NCBI GenBank assembly: GCA_964244115.1
Contig: CAXTHM010000012.1
Coordinates: 1,426-52,573, forward strand
Reading direction: 5' to 3'
DNA from: an uncultured Thermomicrobiales bacterium
GTDB lineage: Bacteria; Chloroflexota; Chloroflexia; Thermomicrobiales; UBA6265
DNA length: 51,148 nt
Part shown: positions 18,401 through 28,531 of the stretch, piece after piece
Position numbering within the stretch: the stretch's first letter is position 1
Layout: each line of letters starts with the position of its first letter
The notes under the pieces: model-generated
Told to the model about the DNA's origin: nothing
Seen by the model: the letters and a program-made list of their open reading frames with translations, nothing else
The model's database searches: none
Position numbers and translations under genes: made by a program

Positions 18401-19762
18401 CTAGAAGCCGGAGATCGCGGCCTCGGCCTCGGACTGCGCGGCGTCGAGCGCCTCCTGGACCGGCTTCTCGCCCCGGAGGGCCGGGAGGACGCCGGTCTGG
18501 AAGATGATCTGGTCGAGTTGCTGGGCGTAGGGCGAGGGCGAGAGCGCCCGGGTCGTGGAAGCGGCGAGGATCTGCGGGAAGAGCTGGACCGCGTCGTCGA
18601 ACTGCGGCGCGATCGGCGTGTAGAGCTCGTCGATCTGGCGCTGGTCGACGGCCGGCACGCCGGTCAGCGACGGAAGGTAAGGGGCTCCCGCGGCATCACG
18701 GGCGGCCCGGACCGCCTGGGCGCCGATCATCCAGGTCTCGTCGGAGTGCATGAACTTGATGAACTCCCAGGCCGCGTCGACGTTCTGGCTGCCCTCGGTG
18801 ATGCACCACGCGGCGCCACCGGCGACGGCGGAGATACCGGCCGGATCATCGCTGGGCCGGATCGGCATCACCGTGAAGTTCAGGTCCGGCGTCGTGACCG
18901 CGTTGATGTTGCCGAGCCAGTTCTGGTAGGCGGTGATCGCCACCTGCCCGCGGGCGAACTGCTCGTCGTTCTGCCAACTGGAGCGGAACGCCTCGTAGTT
19001 CTGGAACCCACCCTGGGTCTCGTACGACGCCCTGGTCCGCTCGAGCAGGTCGGCGACCTCGGCCGAGTTGAAGTTGGGCTGGAGGCCATCGTCGCCGCCG
19101 AGGAGCTGCGCGCCGTTCGCGAGCGCCCAGGTGTAGAACTGGCCGTCCTGCATCTTGGAGTCGAAGCCCCAGCGGTCGATCGCGTCGCCGTTCTTCCGGG
19201 TGAGCTGCGTCCCGACGGACGTCAACTGGTCCCAGTCGGACGAGCTGAGCTGCGTCGGGTCGGTGATCCCCGCTTCGGCCAGCGCATCGGTGTTGGCCCA
19301 CAACGCCACGACGTCCATCCCGCCCGGGATGCCATAGAGCTGGCCACCCGTGGTCACTTCCTGGATCGCGGCCGGGTAGAACCGGCTCAGGTCGTAGCCG
19401 TCGCGCTCGACGAGGTCGCTGATCGACCGGATCACCTGACCACGGCTGACGTAGGAGTTGTAGATCTCCCGACCCAGCCAGAGCATGTCCGGCAGCGTGT
19501 CCGAGACGGCGGCGGTCAGGATGCGCTGGACGTCCGACTCTGGCGAGATCTCGATCGTGACTCCAGGGTAGGCGATCTGGAAGGCCTGGAGGCGGGCGAA
19601 GGCAAGCGGGTTCGTTTCGGTCGCGTTGAAGCCCCATTCGGAGAGCTGCGCGGCCAGGTCCGAGACCGGGGTGCTCTGGGCCGCGCCCTGCTTGCCGAAC
19701 TTCAGACTGATGCCCAGTGCCGCGCCGCCCATCCCGGCCCCGAGGAACCCGCGTCGGTTCAT
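18401..19762 (-). CDS. Sugar ABC transporter substrate-binding protein with a Tat signal
   Basis: MNRRGFLG twin-arginine signal and AAWEFIKF; upstream of two permeases; alternative start at 19831. Confidence 0.9.
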   Translation of the reverse strand: MNRRGFLGAGMGGAALGISLKFGKQGAAQSTPVSDLAAQLSEWGFNATETNPLAFARLQAFQIAYPGVTIEISPESDVQRILTAAVSDTLPDMLWLGREIYNSYVSRGQVIRSISDLVERDGYDLSRFYPAAIQEVTTGGQLYGIPGGMDVVALWANTDALAEAGITDPTQLSSSDWDQLTSVGTQLTRKNGDAIDRWGFDSKMQDGQFYTWALANGAQLLGGDDGLQPNFNSAEVADLLERTRASYETQGGFQNYEAFRSSWQNDEQFARGQVAITAYQNWLGNINAVTTPDLNFTVMPIRPSDDPAGISAVAGGAAWCITEGSQNVDAAWEFIKFMHSDETWMIGAQAVRAARDAAGAPYLPSLTGVPAVDQRQIDELYTPIAPQFDDAVQLFPQILAASTTRALSPSPYAQQLDQIIFQTGVLPALRGEKPVQEALDAAQSEAEAAISGF

Positions 19763-20116
19763 CCGGTAGCCACCCTTGCGGCGATTCCACGTTGCTCCGT
19801 CACTCACGGTCGTCGCTCCATTCGCCGCCACGACCCGCCCTCGAGGCGCGGTCCCGGCGGTTCATCGTCTGCATCTGGTCATCTCGCCGTCGGTGTCGCG
19901 ACCGGCAGTGGTCGCTCACCGACAGGCTCTGTCAAGGCCGTCGCCCGCCTGGCCTGCTCCGGCGAAGACCAGACGACTCGCCTTCCGGGCGTCCGGAACC
20001 CCCAAACGGGACGGTCATCGGTCGTCACCCCTAGCAGAGCCCGGACGGCGCGTGCAGGGTATCACTTAGATGACATGAATATAAGAGGAACAGGAGTGAA
20101 AAAGTGCGTGGAATTG

Positions 20117-20851
20117 TCAATGCCGGTCGTCGCCGGGCGGCTCGGATCGGCGAGCCGTCACGACCAGCGTCGCTGGTCCGGGCAATGCCTCATCCAGATC
20201 GCCCATCCGTGCGTAGATCTCGCCCAGTCTCCGGGTCAGCACCGGGCGGTCGACGATCGACCGGGTAAGCACGAGTCCGGGCCAGTAGGCTGCTTCACCG
20301 AGCCCGAGACCTCCGCTGACGACGCTGGACACCTCGAGGTCGGGCCTGGTGAACACCGCGTCGAGATCGTCCGGTCCGTAGTGACGGCGCCAGCCGATCG
20401 GGAGGGACTCCGGCGCGATGTCGCCGTGGCCACTCATCTCACGGGTGTACCGGTAGAGATTGAGCGCGTCGACGCCAGCCAGCCTCCCCCTCCGTGGAAG
20501 CCGGACGATCAGCCGGCCGTCGACCCTGAGGACGCGAGCCAGCTCACCCACCGCCTGCCGGTCGTCGTGGGCGAATTCCAGCGTCGCATGGGCGATGACG
20601 AGATCGAACGTCGCGTCCCGGAAGGGCAGCGCCTCGATGTCGGCCCGGACCACGAGGTCAGCCGCTGCCTCGCCGAATCGGCTGGTGTCGAACCCGTGCG
20701 GGACGGCGACCCGGACGACTCGCATCCCGGCGGCGGCGCAGAGGTCGGCGGCCCGGTGGGCCGGGTCGCCGAGGACGAGCGCGCGGCGCCCCGCCGGCGT
20801 GAAGCCCGGATCGCGGAGCGTCCGCCGAAGGACGTCGAGCCAGTGGGTCAT
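20117..20851 (-). CDS. Class I SAM-dependent methyltransferase-like protein
   Basis: ADIEALPFRDATFDLV and ELARVLRVDGRL; motif I is degenerate (LVLGDP). Confidence 0.7.
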   Translation of the reverse strand: MTHWLDVLRRTLRDPGFTPAGRRALVLGDPAHRAADLCAAAGMRVVRVAVPHGFDTSRFGEAAADLVVRADIEALPFRDATFDLVIAHATLEFAHDDRQAVGELARVLRVDGRLIVRLPRRGRLAGVDALNLYRYTREMSGHGDIAPESLPIGWRRHYGPDDLDAVFTRPDLEVSSVVSGGLGLGEAAYWPGLVLTRSIVDRPVLTRRLGEIYARMGDLDEALPGPATLVVTARRSEPPGDDRH

Positions 20852-20987
20852 CAGGTCTCATCCTCGGGGTCGAGTCTCACCGGCCAGGCACCGCGCGGGA
20901 CACGGTACCATGCGTCCGGTACCCGGCCGAGTCAGTCGAGGTCGGTCCGCGGCGATTCCGTGCCATCACCCGAACGAGGAACCCTCG

Positions 20988-21737
20988 ATGCAACTCGCCT
21001 CGCTCCATCCCATCGACCAGCGTGTCGCCGCGGCCTACGTCCGGAGCCTGACGACGCCCGAGCGATCCCTCGGTGTATCCTCGATCGACGGGACGCTCTG
21101 GCTCCAGGGGCGTCTGGAGGCGGCGCGCCGGGGACTGGAGCAGGCGAACGAAGGGCGCGAGTCCGGGGCGAACGTCGTCTCACTGACGCTGGCCCAGATC
21201 CTCGCCGCTGCCGAGCCGTCCTTCGTCCATGAGGGGTTGTCCCTGACCACGCTCGAGGCGGCGATCGACCGCGGCGTCGGGATGCTGCTGCGGCCCCCGT
21301 CCCGCCTGTTCGGCGACCTCGGCCTCTCGACCGCCGCCGCCCGGACGATGCCGATCCGGATCGACGCCTCGGCCGGGATGCTCGGCGGGTCGTTCATGCC
21401 ATCCAACCTGGTGCCGCAGTTTCGCGACCTGCTTCGGGAGCGCGATGTCCGCTTCGTCCGGCGCCTGCACGACTCCGGCTTCGACGGCGTTGGCGTCTAC
21501 GGGTTCCTGCTCGAACTGGCCACCTACGCCGCCGACCGCCGGATGGGGCTGTTCGAGGCCGTCGATGCCATCGTGCCTGGCGCGCCCCGGCTCAACCCGC
21601 CCGGTGCCCTGATCGTACAGGTCGACCGGAGCCGGATGGACCGGGAGACCGTCGAGCGGCTGACGCAGTCGCTCAAGCCCGCGAAGCGTGGCTTCATGGA
21701 CCGGATCACCGGGCGCCGGGCCCCGTCCCTCAACTGA
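20988..21737 (+). CDS. Hypothetical protein
   Basis: GAGGA RBS, host-like codon usage, no recognisable family. Confidence 0.75.
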   Translation: MQLASLHPIDQRVAAAYVRSLTTPERSLGVSSIDGTLWLQGRLEAARRGLEQANEGRESGANVVSLTLAQILAAAEPSFVHEGLSLTTLEAAIDRGVGMLLRPPSRLFGDLGLSTAAARTMPIRIDASAGMLGGSFMPSNLVPQFRDLLRERDVRFVRRLHDSGFDGVGVYGFLLELATYAADRRMGLFEAVDAIVPGAPRLNPPGALIVQVDRSRMDRETVERLTQSLKPAKRGFMDRITGRRAPSLN

Positions 21738-21861
21738 GCGAAGATCTTCCGGAGCGGCCTCGGCTGCGATACCCTGCCGTCGGTGTCGAGGTGGACACCA
21801 CCGGTGCAGCGAGGGCGGCGCGGCTCACGGACGGTGGGCGGGGCGGCTCGGGACGGACGAC

Positions 21862-23022
21862 GTGAAGATCACCGCGGTCAAGGCGTTCCCGGTTCAGTCC
21901 GGCCATCGCAACATCTTCATCGTCAAGGTCGAGACCGACGAGGGGGTCTGGGGCCTGGGCGAAGGCGGCATCTCCGGCCGTGAGCTGGCGATGGAGGGGA
22001 TGATCCGGCACTTCGAGCGGGAGCTGATCGGCCAGGACCCGCGCCGCATCGAGCACATCTGGCAGTACCTCTACCGGGGTAACTACTTCGAGGGCGGCAA
22101 CATCGCCTCGGCCGCGATCTCGGCGATCGACATCGCCCTGCACGACATCAAGGCCCGCTGGTTGAACATCCCGGTCTATGAGTTGCTGGGCGGCGCTGTC
22201 CGCGATCACTGCCCCCTGTTCGCGACCGGCCCGGCGCTCGTCTCGGAGGCCGCGGTCGACGGCGCCCGTGCCCTAGCGGCGGCTGGTTGGACCCATCTGC
22301 GGTTCGGACCAGGGATGCCGGGCGTGGACTGGCCCGGTGGTCAGGATGCGACGTACGAGCCCATGGAATCGCTCACGCTGGCGGCGCACTGGATCCGGGA
22401 GGTCCGCCGCGCGGTCGGCCCGACGATCCAGCTCTCGATCGACTTCCACCACCGCTTGCAGGTCGCCGAGGCGGCCGTCTTCCTGCAGATGGTCGCCGAC
22501 GTCGGGCTCTACTTCATCGAAGAGCCGATCCGGGCCGAGAGCCCGCGGGCCTACCAGCAGTTGCGGACGATGACGCCCGTGCCGTTCGCGATCGGCGAGG
22601 AGTTCGCGAGCAAGTGGGCGTTCGCGCCGTTCATCGAGGAGGGCATCCTCAACTTTGCCCGGATCGACGTCTCGAACGTCGGCGGTCTCTCGGAGGCGCG
22701 CAAGATCGCCGGCTGGTGCGAGGCGAAGTACATCGACATCATGCCGCACAACCCGCTCGGCCCGGTGACCACCGCCGCGTCCGTCCATCTGGGGATCGCG
22801 ACGAGCAACTTCGCCCAGCTCGAGTTCCAGCACCGGCTCCAGGACACGTACGCGCGAGACCTGTTCCCGAAGCTGATGGAACTCGACGGGACGGTCTTCC
22901 CGCTGCCGGTCGGTCCCGGGCTCGGCGTCGAGTTCGACGAGGAGGCCGCGAAGGACCACCCGTTCGCGATGTGGAACGCTCCGCACTGGTACCGCCGCGA
23001 CGGCCAGAAGACGAACTGGTGA
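21862..23022 (+). CDS. Mandelate racemase/enolase-superfamily sugar-acid dehydratase (DgoD-like)
   Basis: KVETDEG..GLGE, SAIDIALHDIK, DFHHR, FIEEP, IGEE and PHNPLGP. Confidence 0.9.
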   Translation: MKITAVKAFPVQSGHRNIFIVKVETDEGVWGLGEGGISGRELAMEGMIRHFERELIGQDPRRIEHIWQYLYRGNYFEGGNIASAAISAIDIALHDIKARWLNIPVYELLGGAVRDHCPLFATGPALVSEAAVDGARALAAAGWTHLRFGPGMPGVDWPGGQDATYEPMESLTLAAHWIREVRRAVGPTIQLSIDFHHRLQVAEAAVFLQMVADVGLYFIEEPIRAESPRAYQQLRTMTPVPFAIGEEFASKWAFAPFIEEGILNFARIDVSNVGGLSEARKIAGWCEAKYIDIMPHNPLGPVTTAASVHLGIATSNFAQLEFQHRLQDTYARDLFPKLMELDGTVFPLPVGPGLGVEFDEEAAKDHPFAMWNAPHWYRRDGQKTNW

Positions 23023-23149
23023 GTCTCTCGCTTCGGTAGCGATCATCGGAGTTTCGTGGTGGCGCAGAAGACCTCTTCCCCACCGAGGCGGTACCCCTCT
23101 CCGGCTCGCTCAGGTGCTCAAGCGATTCCGGCTTACAGGTGCCGTCGTC

Positions 23150-23208
23150 GTAGCGGCGAAGCTTGCGAGCCCGGCCGCCGCAGCGGCCATCGCCCCGCAG
23201 GGCGATAA
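23150..23208 (+). repeat. Family B GTAG-REP copy
   Basis: GTAGCGGCGAAGCTTGCGAGCCCGGCCGCCGCAGCGGCCATCGCCCCGCAGGGCGATAA, closely matching the reverse complements of 41665-41722 and 12792-12845. Confidence 0.85.
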
Positions 23209-23245
23209 TGGGGTTCACGACGAGCCCTATCACGGCCGAACGTCC

Positions 23246-23430
23246 GGTCGCTAAGGAGACCTCTCCCCCAGCCCCTCTCTGGTCACCTACTCGCTCACCC
23301 GCTGACGCGGCTTCGGCTCGGAGGTGCCCGGAGAGGGGAGCGACATGCGCTCGCGGTCACACACCAAGCTTCAAACCGAATTCCGTGTGACGCGGCCTGG
23401 GCTCGCAGGTGCCCGGAGAGGGGAGCAACA
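23246..23430 (-). repeat. Family A repeat, copy 3, plus a partial tandem duplicate
   Basis: The reverse complement of 23246-23390 aligns with 8436-8587; 23388-23430 imperfectly duplicates 23303-23345; a degenerate end fragment lies at about 23057-23083. Confidence 0.8.
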
Positions 23431-23511
23431 TCCCCGATTTGGGTCAGGCGACCCGTTCGGTGACCGCTGAACACCGGGGTCGTCGGCCAGAAGGTCAACA
23501 TAGGCCAATTG

Positions 23512-24384
23512 CTACCGAGACTGCGGGTCTCGCCAGGAGTGCATCGGCTCCCAGCCGATCGCCGCCTTGGCCGCGCTGATGTCGAAGGCCCCGGTGAAGC
23601 CGGGTAGCGGCCGGCGAATCTCGAGCGACGGGATGTGCGTCCGGAGCAGCGCCTCCATCGGCTCGTCGGCCAGGGTGTCGGCCGCCGTGATGATCAGGGG
23701 CCGGCAGCCGACACCTTCTGCCTCGATGGCCATCCGGTTCGCCCGGGCGGCGTCGCGGACATCGACGTAGGACCAGAGCGTCTTGGCGTTGTCGGCGTGA
23801 TCGAGGTCGTACGTCTCGCGCCGGGTCCGGATCTCGGCCGGCGTCCCGACGTAGCTGTAGCGGAGCGAGACGACCTGCATGCCGCTGCGGCGGTGGAAGA
23901 CCTCGGCGGTCTTCTCGTTGACCTCCTTCGAGAGCCCATACGAGTCGGCGTTCTCGAACGGGTGCGCCTCGTCGACCGGGGCGTACGCGAAGAACCGGGG
24001 TTCGTCGGACCAGGCCGTGCCGTAGGCCGAGATGCTGCTGGCGAGCACGACCCGGCGGATGCCGAGCGTCTCGGCGGCCTGGAGGACGTTGAAGGTCCCG
24101 ACGACGTTGTTGCGGAAGACGGTGGTATCCGGGATCGAGCGCGGCGCCGGGATGGCACCGAGGTGGATCACCGCGTCGGCACCCCGCATCGCCCAGACCG
24201 CCTCGCCGGCATCGACGAGATCGGCCTGCCGGAAGGTCGCCCCGGCGAGCGCCGCGGCGTCCACTTCGGGCAGCGCCCGCGGTGGCCGCTGATCGGACAG
24301 GATGACCTCGTGACCGTGGGCGAGGAGTTCGACGACGGTGAACTGGCCGACGCGACCGGCCCCGCCTGTGACCAGCACGTTCAT
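23512..24384 (-). CDS. NAD-dependent epimerase/dehydratase (extended SDR, uronate dehydrogenase-like)
   Basis: TGGAGRVG, ASSISAYG and YGLSK. Confidence 0.88.
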   Translation of the reverse strand: MNVLVTGGAGRVGQFTVVELLAHGHEVILSDQRPPRALPEVDAAALAGATFRQADLVDAGEAVWAMRGADAVIHLGAIPAPRSIPDTTVFRNNVVGTFNVLQAAETLGIRRVVLASSISAYGTAWSDEPRFFAYAPVDEAHPFENADSYGLSKEVNEKTAEVFHRRSGMQVVSLRYSYVGTPAEIRTRRETYDLDHADNAKTLWSYVDVRDAARANRMAIEAEGVGCRPLIITAADTLADEPMEALLRTHIPSLEIRRPLPGFTGAFDISAAKAAIGWEPMHSWRDPQSR

Positions 24385-25373
24385 CGGGTGACCTCGTAGC
24401 GGCGGGCGGTGGCCTGCTGGAGGCCGCGGACGTAACCGATCGCGTAGAGCCGTCCCATCATGTCGTACCCCGGCTCCTTGAGCGCCTCACCGGCCATCGT
24501 CGGGACGTGATCGGGCCGGACCGGACCCTCGAAGCCGACCTCGTAGTAGGCGTCCATCGCGGCGGCCATGTCGGTCTGGCCGTCGTCGTGGAAGGTCTCG
24601 GCGAAGTCGTCCGGGGTGCCCTGGACGTCGCGGAAGTGGACGAAGCCGATCTTCCCCTGGCCGCCGAAGCGCCGGATCTCGGCTGGGACGTCGGCACCCA
24701 TCGTCGCGACCGTGCCCTGGCAGAAGGTGAGCTGGTTGGCCGGGCTCGGAGCCAGGTCGAGGACCCGCTGGAGGGCGTCTGGCGACGTGATGATCCGGCT
24801 GACGCCCCGGATCGGCGAGATCGGCGGGTCGTCCGGGTGGAGGGCGAGGGTCACACCGGCCTCCTCGGCGACCGGAACGATGGCCTCCAGGAAGCGGTGC
24901 ATCCCCTCCCAGAGCTGGGCCTCGGAGATCGGCGTCTCGACGGCGTCCGGCTCCCTCGCCATCACGGCGTGGTCGTAGGCCGTCACCCGGGCACCGCCGC
25001 GGGTCTCCTGGTCGAGCGCCGTCCGGGTCCAGTTGAAGACGGCCATCCAGTTCCAGCAGGCGACCGTGATGCCGGCCTCACCCATGTCGCGCACGAGTTG
25101 CTGGGCCTCCTCGATCTCCCGGTTGGCCTTCGCTCCCGCCCTGGCAATCTTGGTGTCCTCGAGCATCGGGAACGCCGTCTCCAGCACCGTCAGCTCGATC
25201 CCGTGGTCGGCGAACCGTTGCTTCTGCTCGCGCAACGCGGCGAGCGTCGGTTTCGGGCCCGTGTCGTCGCGGTGATAGCCGGGCACCGACGAGACGGCGT
25301 GTTCGACGCCGAGCTGGTTTGCCATGACCCAGAGCGGTGTGGGGTGAGGCGGCAGGTATTCGGCCAGCAACAT
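24381..25373 (-). CDS. uxuA: Mannonate dehydratase (UxuA family)
   Basis: CWNWM..FNWTRT, LALHPDDPP, HFRDV, ETFHDDG and RPDHVP. Confidence 0.9.
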   Translation of the reverse strand: MLLAEYLPPHPTPLWVMANQLGVEHAVSSVPGYHRDDTGPKPTLAALREQKQRFADHGIELTVLETAFPMLEDTKIARAGAKANREIEEAQQLVRDMGEAGITVACWNWMAVFNWTRTALDQETRGGARVTAYDHAVMAREPDAVETPISEAQLWEGMHRFLEAIVPVAEEAGVTLALHPDDPPISPIRGVSRIITSPDALQRVLDLAPSPANQLTFCQGTVATMGADVPAEIRRFGGQGKIGFVHFRDVQGTPDDFAETFHDDGQTDMAAAMDAYYEVGFEGPVRPDHVPTMAGEALKEPGYDMMGRLYAIGYVRGLQQATARRYEVTR

Positions 25374-25423
25374 CGGACGAAGCTCCCCTGAGATTGGCGT
25401 CGGATCAGGGCGGTAACAGCCGA

Positions 25424-26737
25424 TCAGGGGGTGATGACGGTCCCGTCGAGGCGCCGGACGGGGGGCCAGGCCCCGTTGAGGACGTGGTCGGGGAACGGGT
25501 ACGTCGCTGCCAGGGTCTCGTCGATGTCGATCCCGAGACCCGGCTGCTCGTTCGACCACAACATGCCCTCCCGGACCTCGGGGCAACCGGGGAAGACCTC
25601 CCGGGTCCGCTCGCCGAAGGCCGCCAGCTCCTGGATGCCGAAGTTCGGAGCGGACAGGTCGAGCTGGAGATTGGCGCTATGGCCGACGGGTGAGACGTCG
25701 CCGGGCCCGTGCCAGGCGGTCCGGACGCCGAAGAACTCGCAGAACCCCGCCAGCTTTCGGGCCGGCGTCAGGCCACCGATGTCGGAGATGTGGACGCGAA
25801 TGAAGTCGATCATCCGGTCCTTGATCAGGTCGACGTACTCGGCCTGGTTGACATAGAGCTCGCCCATCGCGATCGGGATCGCGGTCTGCTGGCGGAGGAG
25901 CGGGAAGTAGCCGTTGTTCTCAGGTGAGAACGGGTCCTCCAGGAAGAACAGGTTGAACCGCTCCAGCTCCTTCGCCAGGCCGATCGCCTGGATCGGCGGC
26001 ACCCGCTCGTGGATGTCGTGGAGCAACTCGACACCGTCGCCCAGCTCGGTCCGGAGGTGATCGAACAGCCGCGGGATCGTCCGGCAGTAGGCGGTCGGTT
26101 CCCAGGGTTCCTGTTCCGGCCGGAGATGGTAGGCCGACCACGGCGAGCCGTCCTTCGGGGCGGCGGCGCCGTAGGTGGACATGCCCTCGATGGCCATCTG
26201 GGCCCGGACATGGCGAAAGCCCTGGTCGATGAGCTGTCGGGCGCTGTCCGCGACCTCCTCGACGCTGCTGCCATTGGCGTGGGCGTAGCATGGCGCGGCC
26301 TTCCGGACCTTGCCACCGAGGAGCTGGTAGACCGGCATCCCGGCCCGCTTGCCCTTGATGTCCCAGAGCGCCTGGTCGACGCCGGACATCGCGTTGTGCA
26401 GGACCGGACCGCTGCGCCAGTAGGAACTGACGAACGAGGTCTGCCAGATGTCCTCGATGTCGTCCACGTCGCGGCCGATCAGGAAGGGCCGCAGGTACTC
26501 CTCGATCGCGGTCTTCACCACCAGCGGTCGCTGAGTGAACGTCGCGCAGCCGAGACCGTGGAGCCCGGGCTCGGATGTCTCGATCTTCACGACGACCAGC
26601 CGGATGCCGTCCGGCGCGGTCAGGATCACCTTCACGTCACGGATGCGGACGCCGGAGGGATCGTGCGACTGCCACGGTGTCGGGACATTGGGGGCGATCG
26701 GCGCGGGTGCCGCCGACGGGTCGTTGTCGTTCGCCAA
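25424..26737 (-). CDS. rspA: RspA/ManD-type sugar-acid dehydratase (enolase superfamily)
   Basis: GLGCATFTQR, SYWRSGP, LLHDIHER, FLED, MGE and AWHGPGDVSPVG; TTG start after AAGGAG. Confidence 0.9.
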   Translation of the reverse strand: MANDNDPSAAPAPIAPNVPTPWQSHDPSGVRIRDVKVILTAPDGIRLVVVKIETSEPGLHGLGCATFTQRPLVVKTAIEEYLRPFLIGRDVDDIEDIWQTSFVSSYWRSGPVLHNAMSGVDQALWDIKGKRAGMPVYQLLGGKVRKAAPCYAHANGSSVEEVADSARQLIDQGFRHVRAQMAIEGMSTYGAAAPKDGSPWSAYHLRPEQEPWEPTAYCRTIPRLFDHLRTELGDGVELLHDIHERVPPIQAIGLAKELERFNLFFLEDPFSPENNGYFPLLRQQTAIPIAMGELYVNQAEYVDLIKDRMIDFIRVHISDIGGLTPARKLAGFCEFFGVRTAWHGPGDVSPVGHSANLQLDLSAPNFGIQELAAFGERTREVFPGCPEVREGMLWSNEQPGLGIDIDETLAATYPFPDHVLNGAWPPVRRLDGTVITP

Positions 26738-26874
26738 GGGAGGCTCCTTTGCCTGTCGCGAGGTCCGGTCCCGCTCCGACCCGACCAGCCAGCCGGATCA
26801 CGGGAGAGCAGCTATTCCGGCAGGCTACCATAGCTTCCGGGGAGCGGGAACCGGTCCCGGAGGGCCCGCGGAGA

Positions 26875-26915
26875 ACGCCGACGGCCCACCGGATGGATCG
26901 GTGGGCCGTCAGCGT
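26875..26915 (-). terminator. Hairpin downstream of guaB
   Basis: GACGGCCCACCG-N7-CGGTGGGCCGTC, with an imperfect outer extension. Confidence 0.6.
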
Positions 26916-26938
26916 CAGCTCATGTCGGAAGACCCCGC

Positions 26939-28531
26939 TCAGATCCCGCCGGAGCGGTAGTTCGGCGATTCCTTGGTGATCACGACATCGTGCGGGTGGC
27001 TCTCCCGGAGGCCGGCCGCGGTAATCTGGACGAACTGGGTGTCGTTCTTGAGGGCCCGGATGTCGGCGGCCCCGACGTAGAACATGGACGAGCGCAGGCC
27101 GCCCGTCAACTGGTAGACCATCGTGGCGAGCGGACCCTTGTAGGCGACCCGCCCCTCGATCCCTTCCGGGACGAGCTTCTGGACCGAGGTCACGTTCTGC
27201 TGCGAGTAGCGGTCCTTGGAGAACGACCGGGCCCGCATCGCGCCGAGCGAGCCCATGCCGCGGTACTCCTTGAACCGTTCGCCCTGGAACAGGACGACCT
27301 CGCCTGGGCTCTCGTCGACGCCGGCCAGCAGGCTGCCCAGCATCACGACGTCGGCCCCGGCGGCGATCGCCTTCGAGATGTCGCCCGAGTACTGGATGCC
27401 GCCGTCGGCGATGACGGGGATGCCGAACCGCTGCGCGACGGAGGCGACGTCATTGATCGCGGTGATCTGGGGGACACCCGTCCCGGCCACGATCCGGGTC
27501 GTGCAGATCGTACCCGGCCCGATCCCGACCTTGATCGCGTCCGCGCCGGCGTCGATCAGGTGCGTGGCGCCGTCGGCGGTGGCGACGTTGCCGGCGATCA
27601 GCGGGACGCTGAGCTGACGCTTGAGCAGGCGGACCATGTCGACGACACCGGCCGAGTCGCCGTGAGCGATATCGACGACGATGACGTCGACGCCAGCCGC
27701 CGCCAGCGCGATGGCTCGCTCTTCGCCGTCCGGGCCGACCCCGACCGCCGCTCCGACCCGCAGCCGGCCGCGGGAATCCTTGGTCGCGTCCGGGAACTGG
27801 ATCCGCTTCTGGATGTCCTTGACCGTAATCAGGCCGGTCAGGTGGCCGCGGTCGTCGACGATGAGCAGCTTCTCGACCTTCTGCCGATGGAGGATGTCGC
27901 TGGCCTCTTCGAGCGTCGTGCCCGTGCGGGCCGTGACGAGGTTCTCGCTCGTCATCACCTGGCTGACCGGCTGGTCGATGTTCTGGATGAAGCGGAGATC
28001 GCGGTTGGTCAGGATGCCGACGAGCCGACCGTCCGCCTCGACGATCGGGACGCCCGAGATGTGATACCGCTCCATCACGGCGAGGGCATCGGCGATCGGG
28101 CTGTCCGGGCCGAGCGTCACCGGCTCGACGATCATCCCGGACTCGCTGCGCTTGACCTTGTCGACCTCGGCGACCTGGTCCTCGATGCTGAGGTTGCGGT
28201 GGATGATGCCGAGGCCGCCCTCACGGGCCAGCGCGATCGCCATCCGGGCTTCGGTGACGGTGTCCATCGCGGCCGAGAGGATCGGGATGTGGAGCTCGAT
28301 GTCGGCGACGAGCCGGGTCCGGGTCGAGACGTCCGCCGGTAGGACGTCCGAGTAGCGGGGCAGCAGCAGGACGTCATCGAAGGTGAAGCCGAGACCGGAG
28401 AACTTGTCGCTCCGCATGGTCTGGCTACGGCCGGCGAAGGCGTCGGCGGCCGTGTCGCGGCTGCCGGGGATGAGGGGTTCCTGGCCGTCGATGACGCTGT
28501 GGTGATCGTGCCGGTTTTGGGTGGTGGTCAT
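26939..28531 (-). CDS. guaB: IMP dehydrogenase
   Basis: [21 protein letters not shown] pair, [13 protein letters not shown] and YRGMGS; ATG at 28531 after GGAGG, alternative start at 28417. Confidence 0.98.
   Translation of the reverse strand: MTTTQNRHDHHSVIDGQEPLIPGSRDTAADAFAGRSQTMRSDKFSGLGFTFDDVLLLPRYSDVLPADVSTRTRLVADIELHIPILSAAMDTVTEARMAIALAREGGLGIIHRNLSIEDQVAEVDKVKRSESGMIVEPVTLGPDSPIADALAVMERYHISGVPIVEADGRLVGILTNRDLRFIQNIDQPVSQVMTSENLVTARTGTTLEEASDILHRQKVEKLLIVDDRGHLTGLITVKDIQKRIQFPDATKDSRGRLRVGAAVGVGPDGEERAIALAAAGVDVIVVDIAHGDSAGVVDMVRLLKRQLSVPLIAGNVATADGATHLIDAGADAIKVGIGPGTICTTRIVAGTGVPQITAINDVASVAQRFGIPVIADGGIQYSGDISKAIAAGADVVMLGSLLAGVDESPGEVVLFQGERFKEYRGMGSLGAMRARSFSKDRYSQQNVTSVQKLVPEGIEGRVAYKGPLATMVYQLTGGLRSSMFYVGAADIRALKNDTQFVQITAAGLRESHPHDVVITKESPNYRSGGI

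Noticed and set aside
17372-21232. 1286-aa plus-strand ORF
   Set aside because: Antisense shadow of the ABC and methyltransferase genes; Arg/Gly/Pro-rich with no motifs; long open antisense frames are expected at about 70% GC
23040-23500. CRISPR array
   Set aside because: Repeats are irregular, degenerate and of mixed orientation, with no constant-length spacers and no cas genes
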